A DNA stretch of 35,970 bases from Mollicutes bacterium (GTDB taxonomy: Bacteria > Bacillota_I > Bacilli_A > RF39 > UBA660), in contig JAAZBI010000099.1 in NCBI GenBank assembly GCA_012513875.1, positions 1-35,970 on the forward strand, written 5' to 3'. Every line of letters starts with the position of its first letter. Position 1 is the stretch's first letter. A program made the translations under genes and the position numbers. The notes below the pieces were generated by a model. It was not told the origin of the DNA. It saw only the letters and a program-made list of their open reading frames with translations, and searched no databases. Below, piece by piece: positions 7,281 through 19,200 of the stretch.

Positions 7281-10200
7281 ATGGAAGATAAACTGCAACT
7301 CTTTTATAATTCCCTTTCAGCTAATCCCAACATCAAAGGGATCCCCGATGATTATGACGTTTTCAGATCAACCCTTGCCGATCCGGAAAAGTCAGAGCTG
7401 TTCTATAACTCCCTTTCAGCAAACCCCAAAATAAAAGGCTTACCAGAGGATTATGATGCATTTGTATCAGGGCTGAATCTCAATACAGGAGGAGTAACAC
7501 CCAAAGAGGAACAACAGCAACAAAGACAGGGATACTTCGAAGGTCTTGGCAATAAACTGCAGGCCGGAGCTCTTAGTCTTGGAGAGATAGTAACAGAAAT
7601 ACCACAATTTGCCGAAGGTGTATCGAATCTGCCATATATGATATTCTCTAATATGATGGTCAATAGAGCAGAGAAGAAGGGGGAAATTGACAAAGAGACT
7701 GCCGATGTTCTTAAAAAAGAACAGTTATTACCGAAATCAAGTTTCGCACAGGGATTGCCACGGATGCCCGGCGAACAAACAGTAGGGGAAGCATTAGCGA
7801 ATAGTAAGCTTAATCAATTCTTTGAAGATAAAGCAGAAGAACTCAGCGAGGCAGCAACGAGATATGACAGGACAGCTACCGAATATATTAAAGACAAACA
7901 ATTCGGGAAGGCTTTAGGAGTAGTCTCTTATGGTATAGCTGAATCGTTAGCCCCAACGCTGGCGGCTGCATTTAGCCCTTATGGAGCAGCTTATCTCGGA
8001 CTTGGCGTAGGCGCACAGTCTTACGATGAAGTAAAGGACCGAGAGGATATGTCAGAGATGATGAAACTTGCTGATGCTGTCACTTCTGGAATATTTGAAT
8101 GGGTATTTGAAAGGTTCGGGACCCGGGAGATGGCACAATTCCTTAAAGGATATTATAAACAGGCTGGTAAAAAAGGGATAGAACAGGCCATTAAATCACA
8201 AGGGCTACAGAATCTTTTCGCAAGGGCTTATAAGAAATTTGGGTTATGGTTCGCTCCTTTGCATGAGGGATTGTCAGAGATGCTCACAGAATTTGGCCAG
8301 AATTGGGCAGCAAAGTTCTCAGGGGAAGATCCTAACAGGAAAATAACTGACAATGCTATTGAGAGCTTCCTTGTTGGAACAGGGATGGGTGGTGTATTTA
8401 CATCAACAGCCGCACTTGCAAAGAAATTGAAAGGGCAGGAAGATGAGACAGGCACTCCTGGTGAACCTGTTGATCAGGGACCTCCTGGTATCGGGGAACT
8501 AAAAGTACCCTATACGGAAGAGCAAGCCACCGAAGCAATAAATGAAATCGGGAAAGACCTGAAGTTTGGAGACACACCCCTTGAAGAAGATCCTAATCCT
8601 ATTATATCATTTGCCGAAACTAAACTGGGGCAAAAGGTTATCCTTAAAAAAGAGGGTGGAGTAAATGGGGATACCTTCTTTATTGCTTTTGATCTTGAGA
8701 CAAATGAACCAATCCTTGTCAAGCCCAGGGATATACTCGAACGCAAAGACGTGCCTTATCAGGAATGGGTCAAAAACGAACTCAATAACTATAATATAGT
8801 CAAAACACAAGGGGGCAAAATGGTTGCCCAGGCTGAAGCACCAGTACAGGAAGGGCAGGAAATAACTTTAAAAGATAAGAATTTCTATGTATCAGAGGTC
8901 ACTCCCGAAGGGATAGCTCTTAATGAGATTGATGAGGAGGGGAATGTTACTGGCGCAACCGTACATATAACACCCGATCAGTATGGTCCTGTCTTTGGTA
9001 TAGAGGAACAGCCAGGAGAAGCTCCTACGATAAAAGAGGGGGCTACTGGTCAGCCGGTGACAGAAGATGCTCAAACAGCACCACAAGAGGAACTACAGAT
9101 ACCTCTTAATAAACAAGGAGAGATTGATTATGACAATATTCAGGATCCTCAGACTTATGCTCAAGCCTTAATACAGGAATTCGCAGAAGGAGCCCCTACC
9201 GTACTGGATGAACTTATCACAGAGAAACAAGATGCTCTTGCTAAAGCAGGTAAGGTAAGTAATGCTATTGAGAGAGCCCGGAAGATTAAATCACTTAATT
9301 CGGAGATTAATAAACTCACTGATGTAAGAAATATACTATCTCCTACGGCCACTACTACCACAATCGCAAGTCCTGCCGTGGAACAAGCTGAACCAATAGA
9401 ACAGCCCACAGCGCAGGACATGGCGAGGACGAAAGAAGAACAGCCTGTAGTCGAGCAGACTACAGCCCAAACTCCATCGACCCCGGACGAGACTGTACCT
9501 GTTGAAGCAGAGATGCAGAAAGCCGGGGAGGTGGAGAAAAAGACTTCCGCAGACCTTACAAAGGCCAATGCAGAAATAGATACTAACCCTACAGAGGCTC
9601 AGAAAGAAGCCGGGAATTACAAGAAAGGGCATCTGTCAGTACAAGGGCTTGATATATCTATTGAGAATCCTGCAATGTCCGTAAGATCCGGGACCGATAA
9701 GGCAGGCAAGAAATGGAGTGTAATGCTCAATAATTCCTATGGGTATTTTCGCAGGACCAAAGGGAAGGATGGCGACCAGGTAGATGTATTCCTGGGCGAT
9801 AACCTGGATTCAGATGCAGTATATGTTATTGATCAGGTTAATCCAGAAACCGGGTTATTCGATGAGCATAAGGTTATGATGGGCTTTATCTCCGCTCAGG
9901 ATGCTAAGGATAACTACCTTGCTAACTATGAACCGGGATGGAAGGGCCTTGGCGCTATCTCCAAAATGTCTATTGACCAGTTTAAGGATTGGTTAGGTAG
10001 TGGGACCAGAACAAAGAAACCTGTTGACGGGAACGTGCCGGTTAAGAAAAAGGCAGAACCAAAGACAAAAGCAGAGAAACCATCTAAACCTGTTAAAGAA
10101 GTTACCCTGAAGCCCAGAAAGAAAGGATTCACCTACGGGCCTAATAGCAGAACAGGGAAAGTTCTCTCCAAAACTCCTAACTCATTTCAGGAAGCAGTTC

Positions 10201-13200
10201 TCCAATTCTTTATTGGGGGAGGGAGAATAAAAACACAGGACTTCCTTGATCATACCGGATATAAAAGAGGAAGCCGGGAGTTTAGACAGTATGTCTGGGC
10301 AATTAAAAACGATGGACAAAGGCTTGATACATTCAATGAAGCTCTTGATAATAGCTTTGGGATAGAGGATCAGGGTCCGATGGACATGATTAATGAGGTC
10401 ATTGACATACTTCGGACATATCCTGGAAGAGGACACATGATGACTGCACTTGAAAAGATGCAGGATGTTGAGACTATTCCTGACCACATGCTGCCCCCGG
10501 AAGAAGATCCTTCTCTTGAATATGATGACTTACAAGGAGCCGATGAGGAGACAGAAGAGCTTACGGATGACATAATGGACCATCCGGAAGTAAAAGAAAT
10601 AATTAAAGAATACTCTTTTGATGGTGTTTTAGATGTTAGTAAACTACTGGATAAAATAGACACTGATCCCAATGAATTTACTATCTTTCCATTCGCTCTT
10701 AAGAAGTCCGAATTACTGAAACTTAAAGAAAGACTGCAAGATGAACAAAGAAGAAGAACGCAAGAAAGTCAAACAGGGACTGGTCAACATAATAAAGATC
10801 AGAGCCAGGGCGCAAGGGAAAACACCACTCGAAGTGATCAGGGAAATGCAGTACGAACTGGACCAGTCGAAAAAGGACCAGACGAAAAACCAGAAGTAAC
10901 TCGCAAAAGTTCACAGAAGTCCAAGTCAGAATTTGCAGGAGAAGTACTTGAGAAAAAATCCCCGAAGGGAAAGGCTGAATATGGTTCAAAGAACAAAGTA
11001 TTTACAGCCGATGCAGCTCAGAAAGCCCGGGAATTACTAAAGAAGAAACTCGGGAACCTTAATGTAGGTATAGATCCTGAGGTTATGCAAGCCGGGATAA
11101 CCCTTGCAGGATATCATATCGAGGCCGGGGCACGTAAGTTCGCTGATTATGCAAAGGAAATGATCAATGACATGGGAGAAGCTATTAAACCCTATCTGAA
11201 ATCATTTTATAATGCTGTTCGTGATTGGCCTGGATTCGACACCGAAGGTATGGATGATTATGCAGCAGTATCAACGATAGACGTTAGTAATTTAGTCGCT
11301 GAAAATTTGGATAATACCAAAGAAGTTAGTAACTTACATAAAAACATACAAGATGTACCTAATAGATCAGGAGATAGCCAACCAAATAGCCAGAACAACT
11401 CCGATGAAGTATCCGGAGATGAAGAAACTGTTCCTAATGAAGGAGGCAGCAGCAGACCGGTGGGAGATGAATCTTCGCAACAAAATAGAGAAACAAGAGG
11501 GGGAAGAAGTAGCCAGGGTGGTAGCGGTCTATTTGCCCCTTTATTTGGAGAACCAAGCAATAACAAGGTTTCTCAGGAGGACCAAAGCCCAGAGCTTACG
11601 GATGATGATGCCGGAGATTTTGACGGTAGAGGAAATGATCTATTTGGCCCAGCAGGACATGATAGCTCTGTCTCCAATACAGGAGAAAAGGGTAGCAACA
11701 TTAGCAAGGGAGTATCAACGTCTTTTCAGGAAAGGACAAGGTTAAGAAAGATAGCCCAGCAAAAAGCTGAACCTATTCCTATCAAAATAGCTGACAAAGG
11801 GAATATTGAGGAAACTCTTCCCGTCTTGCTTCCTGAACAACAGGAAGATGTCCTGAAAGCAGAAAACAGATTTTTCAATGAAGCTCACCAGACCCATGAA
11901 CTGGCCTATGGTAAAGGTATGTTATTTACCAATGGTACCGGAACCGGCAAAACATACACAGGATTAGGTATTATCAAACGATTCTTAAAACAAGGGAAGA
12001 GAGATATTCTTATTGTTGTTCCAAGTGAAGCTAAGAAAAAAGACTGGATCGAGGACGGGGAAAATCTATTATTATCAATAACAGAACTTAAAGATACCAA
12101 AGATAAAGGTAATGGTGTCCGGGTCACTACTTATGCAACATTCAGGGCTAATGAGAACTTAAAGAATGTTGATTTTGACCTTGTTGTATATGATGAGTGT
12201 CATAGGCTCATGGAAGATAAAGGGGGTAATCCTTCCGCTACCACTGAAGCACATTACCAAATGTCTAATGTATCTCCAAACAGTGCATTTACCAGAATAA
12301 CAAGTGTCCATCCCTTATGGATAAGACGTTCAGCCCTCAATAGGGAAATACGTATTGAATCCAAGAGCACAAATAACCTTGATCTTATGGACTGGCAGCT
12401 TGCCGAGATTCGTGATAAGATCAAAGCCCTTGAAGAAGAATTGAAGACCGTAGAAGAAGAAATAAGGCAGGTTGAGCCTTCAATCAAAGAAAGAGCTGAG
12501 AAAGCCCATGATAAAACAAAAGTTTTGATGCTTTCTGCTACACCGTTTAAAGGCCATTTTAACCTAAGATATGCTAATAAGGTCCTTTTTGATTGGGGTG
12601 ACGAGACAACGTATGAACAGGCAAGTAGGGGGATGAGCCGTGTGGATCCCGAAGGCCGTTTCTTCCTTGATAACTTTGGGGCTGCCTATGAATGGAAATT
12701 CCATCGCCTGCAGACAAAATCCAATGCTAATGCGGAGGCAATTGCTATGCAAGAGGTAGAGTTTGCTGAAAATCTCATGAAACAGGGGGTCCTTTCTGGA
12801 AGAGCGATTGAGAGTAATATGGATTATTCAAGAGAATTCCCTTTGGTAGCCCTTGATAAAGCAGAAATATTTAACCAGGGATTCACAGACATATTTACTT
12901 ATGGCGAGGCAGCATTATTCCCTAATCTAACAGAACCGGCTTCTGAGGTATTCTTTAACTATAACTATACTACTCAGCTCCTTGAGTCCCTAAGGGCTTC
13001 AATGTCTATCCCAAGGATAGAAAAACACCTTGCTCTTGGAAGGAAGGTAGTTGTTTTCCATCGCAGAAAACAGGCAAATGCTTCTCCTCCATTTGCTAAC
13101 ATTCTCCAGGTAGCACGTAGCAATGCCAATACTGTTCTTAAAAGTGATACAGCAAGGGAGGAAGAAAAAGCAAAGGCAAAGGAAACTCTTGTCCAAGCAG

Positions 13201-16200
13201 ATTTATTTGAGGAAAAATACAGGGAGCTTCTTGAATACGAACAGACCCTTAATTATTCATCAGCTATTGATCAGATCATTCAGAAGTTTGGGGCTGAAAG
13301 GGTAGGGCTTGTTAATGGGGATGTAAGCAAGAAAGACAAAATGAACAATATCCGCAGATTCAATGAGGATGATTCAGGGGTAGATATCATTGTCGTTCAG
13401 GAAGAAGCCGGGAAAGAGGGCATATCCCTTCATGATACAACAGGCAAGCATCCACGGGTTATGATGAGCCTATCACTCCCTATCTCTTCAACTACTGCAC
13501 TACAGATGGAAGGAAGGATATTTAGAATAGGACAGGCCAGTAACGCTATATTTGAAAATCCTATCCTGGGCCTTGATATGGAGATAGCTGATTTTGGCCA
13601 GAAGATAAACCGTAAATTAAGTACTACAGAGAATCTTGCCGTAGGGAACCAGGCAAGGGATCTTATCCGGTCATTTTCAGAAGGAGTATTGTTCAATGCC
13701 AAAAAAGACGATCCCCATATTGACCAAGGGAAGGGAGGTAAGGAATATGATAAGAAAGCTCAACAGCAGTTATCTGAGTTTCGTAGAGCAGTACTTGTTT
13801 ATTCCACTAATCAGAAAAATAGAGGCCGCCGGGATTCGAGAGAAGGGATAGACTACTTTGCCACTCCTGAACCATTGGGGCAGAAAATGGTCGAATGGCT
13901 TGATTTAAAACCTGGGAATTCAGCTATGGAGCCAAGTGCAGGACATGGAGCTATTGCAATGTGGTTCCCTGAGAGCATAAATACAACATCAATAGAACCA
14001 TCCTATTCCTTATATGCCAAGTTGAATGCCAGGGCAGGGGGAGGAAACAGGAAGATAGTACGTTCAAATTTTGAGGACTTCAATATCGTCAATAAGTTTG
14101 ACGGGATTGCTATGAACCCTCCGTTTGGGACCCAGGGAAAGATGGCAATGGATCATATTGAAAAGGCATTCAAACACCTTAGAAACAGAGGCCGGATCGT
14201 TGCTATTATACCCGATAGTCCCTCTATGCAGAAACGGTTTGATAGTTTCATAAATGGAACCAATGAAGATGGAAAACCACTGAATCCCGATGCTCATTTA
14301 GTCGAATCCATTAAGCTGCCAAGAGTAACCTTTGAACAGGCAGGTACTCAGGTAGCAGCCAGGGTAGTTGTTATTGATAAGATCGAGATCAAGACGAAAG
14401 CACAGATACAAAATGAATTAGCTGCAGAGGACTTACAAAGAGTCATAAGCCAGAGAGGGGCCACCCTTCGTCCAAAAGAAATGCTTTCAGCAGAAGCACT
14501 AAGAAGATACGAGGAGCAGTTTGAACAAATGCCCCATACCATTAACAGGGAGTTGCCGGAAGTAAAAACCGTTGATGAGTTTTTTGATAGGATTGAAGAT
14601 ATATCTGTCCCTGCCAGACCTGAAGCCCCTGAATCTGCTAATTCAATATCCACAGATTCCCCGACTGCAACCGAACCAGCACAGGAAGGCGATGTCGCTA
14701 AGTTAATAATTCAGAAACACAGCAAGACCGGGGCAGAACTGCCAACAGTACAATTATTGAATCGTGTCAGTTCAGATGTTTATAATAAATATAAGTCCAT
14801 TGCTAGTTCATTCGGGGGCAGATGGAGCTCTTATAAGCGAGAAGGGATGATTCCTGGATTTATATTTCGAAATGGTGAGGATGCGAAAAATGCATTGACA
14901 CAAATAAATAACACAAAAAATGATGTATCTTCGTTACATGACAAAGCAGAAAAATATATCAAGAAAAACAAGGTCTATTCTCAAGCCAGACCAAAAACAG
15001 ATTTCCCCGAAGAAGTATCATTTGTCTCAGAAGGATCCTTGGGAAATATACCAGGACAGCTTAATTTATTCGGGGAAGAAGTATATTCTCCCACCCCCCC
15101 TGATGATAACGTAACGTATGTAGAAAGGCTGCTCTCAGATAAAGGGCAAATAGAGTTTATTGGTGATAAAATAACCGGGCCATCCGAAATACGCTCATCG
15201 GCAGATATAGCTTTCCTTTTTAAGAATCTTGAATCAGCAGCAAGCGAAAATGTATTTTTTGTATTTATTGATAAAAATAATAAATATAAAGTGTTATACA
15301 TGTCAACAGGGACAACTAATATGGCACCTGTCGATACAAAAATAGTAGTTGCTGCAGCAAAAGAGTTTAAAGCCGAAAGAGCTGTCTTTGTCCATAACCA
15401 CCCATCTGGATCTCTAAAAGCTTCCGATTCTGATATAAAAACATATAGCAGGACACGTGATCTTTTAGAGAAAATAGGAGTAACTCTTGACCCATCAGTA
15501 ATAATCAATCTTGACAGTGGGGAATATGCTGTTTTTGATACTAGTAGCTTTTCTGTTGTACCAAGTGACAAGATGTATTATGACCTATATGAAACGGTGA
15601 CTCCTCAGTCGATCTATCAATTTGATAGGCAGAAATTATATGCCCCCTTGTCTGATCATCACGCAATACGGGAATCTTCAGATGTAGCAGAGTATTTAAG
15701 CAGAATGAAACGAGGGACAACCCCAAAAATACATGCCATAATTCTTGATCGTAACCTAAAGATCACTCGTTATGCATTGTACGATGAAACCATTACAAGG
15801 GAGAAACTGATAGAAGAGTTATTGTATGAGGTAGGTAAGCATGGGGAAAACATAATACTGGCATCAAATAGTGATCCTGCCCCGGAACTATTAAGCTCCA
15901 TTTCAAATGCCATGAAACTAGCAAATGGGCAATTATTAGACTATGTTGTTATTAAGCAATCAGATGATATTACAAGGAATTATAATAGTTATGCTGACCT
16001 TGGCTATCTATCAGAACCAGATATTGAATACGGAGAAGGTCCCGATGCTAAGTTTCGGATCTCCGATGACCTGTACTTCTCTCCCGTTGAAAGAGCCCTG
16101 GATGCAATAAAACAGGACAAAGCAACTGTTGAGCAGTTCAAGGCCATGTTGTTAAAGAACGGAGCAAAACAGGCTGAACTTGATTGGATGGGATGGGATG

Positions 16201-19200
16201 AGTTTGCTAATGACAAGCGTGTCATCACCAAAGCAAAAATCCAAGACTGGATTGACCAAAATAAAATCAGGGTTGAGGAAGTACAGAAAGGCGGTTTCCA
16301 ATGGAAAGGAAATGATTTAATAGTCGGGGGAAAAGTCGTTGCTAATCTTATTCACAACGAAGATGGAACATGGTCTTATCAAAGTGATTTTTCAGAGGGT
16401 GAAGAAGCATGGGAAACCAAATTGGATGCACAGAAAGAAGCTGAAGAAGCAATTATTGGTGATGCTTATTCCCCAAATGCTACCAAATACTCCCAGTACA
16501 CCCTCCCCGGAGGCGAAAACTACAAGGAGTTGTTGCTGACGATGCCTGACTTACAAAGAAAAAACAGGCTTGATTACAATAGAAGATTTGGCGAGCTTGA
16601 AAAAGAAGTATTACAAAGACTTGGCGATAACATTAAATATCCGGCAGCATTTAATTTATATGATGCAAAACATAATGGATTATTAACCCCGGACGAATTA
16701 TCTCGCTTAAATAGTATTGACCAACAGGCAAATAAAAAACTGCCTGAAAACTTTAAATCCTCCCACTTTGAAGAACCCAACATACTTGCACACGTAAGAT
16801 TCAATACCCGAAGAACCCAAGACGGGAAGAATATCCTTTTTATCGAAGAGATCCAGAGTGATTGGGCGCAGGAAGGGAAAAAGAAAGGATATAAGTCAGA
16901 TAAAGATAAACTTTTCAAAGACTTAGCTGCAAAAGGAATATTCCAGGATAGAAAATCAACGATTGAAACATCATTTATTGATAAAGAAGGGAATCAGATA
17001 TATCATCCAAATAGCAACGTACCACAGAAAGCATCACCTGAACAGGATGCTGCAATAGATGAATTCTATAAAGAATATCAGAATATAAGCAATGCTTCTA
17101 TCCCCGACATGCCCTACAAGAAAACCGATCAATGGGTTGGCCTGGCACTCCGGAGGATGGTCCGCTATGCCATTGATAACGGCTTTGATGCTATTGCATG
17201 GACTCCGGGAGAGGTACAGAATGAGAGGTATGATCTGAGTAAACAGGTGGATAAGATTACTTATAATATCAACGAAAAAACAAGGAAGACCGAGTACCCC
17301 TTCAAAATGAGGGTGTGGCCAAAAAATGGAGGATCCCCGATTGTAAGAGAGATAAATAATGTAAATGAACTTGAAGATTTTGTAGGTAAAGAAATTGCCG
17401 AAAAAATTGACAGTTCCGGGGGAGAATACGAAGGAGGCAATAGGGAATATAAAATACTGTCTAACCTTGATCTTAAAGTCGGGGGCTCCGGCATGACAGG
17501 TTTCTATGACAATATCCTTCCGTCTATTGCCAATAAGTTGGGTAAGAAGTTTGGGAGCCATGTTGAAGAAACAAAGGTTGTAAATAAACGATTCAATATA
17601 AGGCTTAAAAACAACGGATTTTATGAAATAAATGATATTGATGGCCACATGGTCATAAACAATGTTGATCCGGAGAAAATTGATCAATGGAAGGAGTCAT
17701 CATATACAGTTCACTCTCTTCCTATAACCGATGCAATGTTCGATTCCTACCGGCAGGGGATCCCGTTATTCAGAAGGAATCAATACCAGGGACAGTCCTT
17801 GCTTTTTGATGTCGTTGGCATCAATACAAGCCAAAATCTGGAAAAGGAAATCCGGGATAAAGTAAAAGACCTTGAAGAAAGCCTACATACGAAGATTACT
17901 ATAATTCAAAACAGGGGACAATTACCCGAGAGGATCCAAAGGCAGGCTATCAGGCAAGGTATTGCCACTAACAAACGGATTACAGGAGTATATGACCCTC
18001 AGACAGAATCAGTATATGTTCTCCTGGATGATGTTAAGGCAGTCGGTATCATTAAAGGGATAGAAGAAGTAATTAAAACAGTCCTTCATGAAGTAGTCGC
18101 ACATAAAGGATTGCCTTCATTATTAGGGCAAGACGAATATAACCGGTTACTGGATTCTGTCTATTGGGATATGCCACAGATTGACCGGAGTTTCCTGATG
18201 GAGCAGTATAATACTACAGATCCTCATACAATAGCAGATGAATACCTTGCTATGATGGCTGAACAGAACGTCAGCCCCACCCTATTCCAGAGGATTCTTG
18301 CCAAAATACGTCAACTGCTTAGGAAACTATTTAAGATCAATTACTCCGAGAACGATATTCATGATATGCTTCGCAGGAGCCGTGAAAATCTTCATAAGCC
18401 ACAAGCAAATAATTATACAAATGCTGAGGAATATCTTGAAGCTATTGATACCTATGAAAAAGCAAGGTTCAGGGTTGCCAAAGCATATAGTAAAAATATT
18501 GTTGATAAAGCAGCCGAGGCATATAAAGAAAAAGAGGTCAAAAGGAGTATCAAAGAGACCAAACAGGGGATAAGGGAATATATTCAGGATCTTAACCTGC
18601 CGGTCCGTAAATTTGAAGAAGAGGTATTAAAACGTGGGGGCAAGCAGGATGATCAGTCAAAACCTTATAGGGATACCAGTCTGTCTTTTGGCCGTCAGGA
18701 GAAGTTATACAATGATTTCTTTGACCAGAAGATGAAGCCTGTACTGAATACGGTTGCAAAGATGAAAAAAACCGGGATCCCGGGAGAAAATATCTTGCCA
18801 TATATTATCGCTAAACATGCTATTGAACGTAACAGGGTATTCCGCACAAAAGAGAGAGACGAGTATATAGCAAGTAACCCCGAAGCAACACCTTCTGAGA
18901 TAAAAGAGATTGAAGAAGTACTAAAGGATAAAGATTATTCGGGGGTTATGCCATTCGACAAAGAAGGAGAATATACCAATCCTGACGAACTTGCCCAGGA
19001 TATTGTAAATGAATTTGAAACACAACTCAATAATAAAGGTCTCATTGATGAATTATGGGAGAACCTCAGAACTGCCAATACTTCTATACTGGATACATGG
19101 GTAAAAGGTGATCAGATATCAGAGGAGCAAAGAGAAGAGTATCTGAATAACTTTAAATACTTTGTTCCCCTTCGTGGATGGAGACAAGGAGCAGCAAAAG

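Noticed and set aside
11616-11639. DFDGRGND in the giant protein, reminiscent of the NADFDGD metal-binding loop of multisubunit or crAss-like virion RNA polymerases.
   Set aside because: It lies in a disordered S/G/D/E-rich linker and lacks the third Asp at the right spacing. I saw no double-psi beta-barrel or T7-like RNAP motif around it, so I do not call a virion RNA polymerase.
14981-15571. A 196-aa ORF on the minus strand inside the giant gene. The 217-aa antisense ORF at 17034-17687 is similar.
   Set aside because: Both lie fully antisense to a strongly motif-bearing coding frame (the RadC region, and the conserved 16030-17760 module). Their translations are low-complexity (I, F, S, L, N-rich), and there is no start context or coupling to neighbours. 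They are most likely shadow ORFs.
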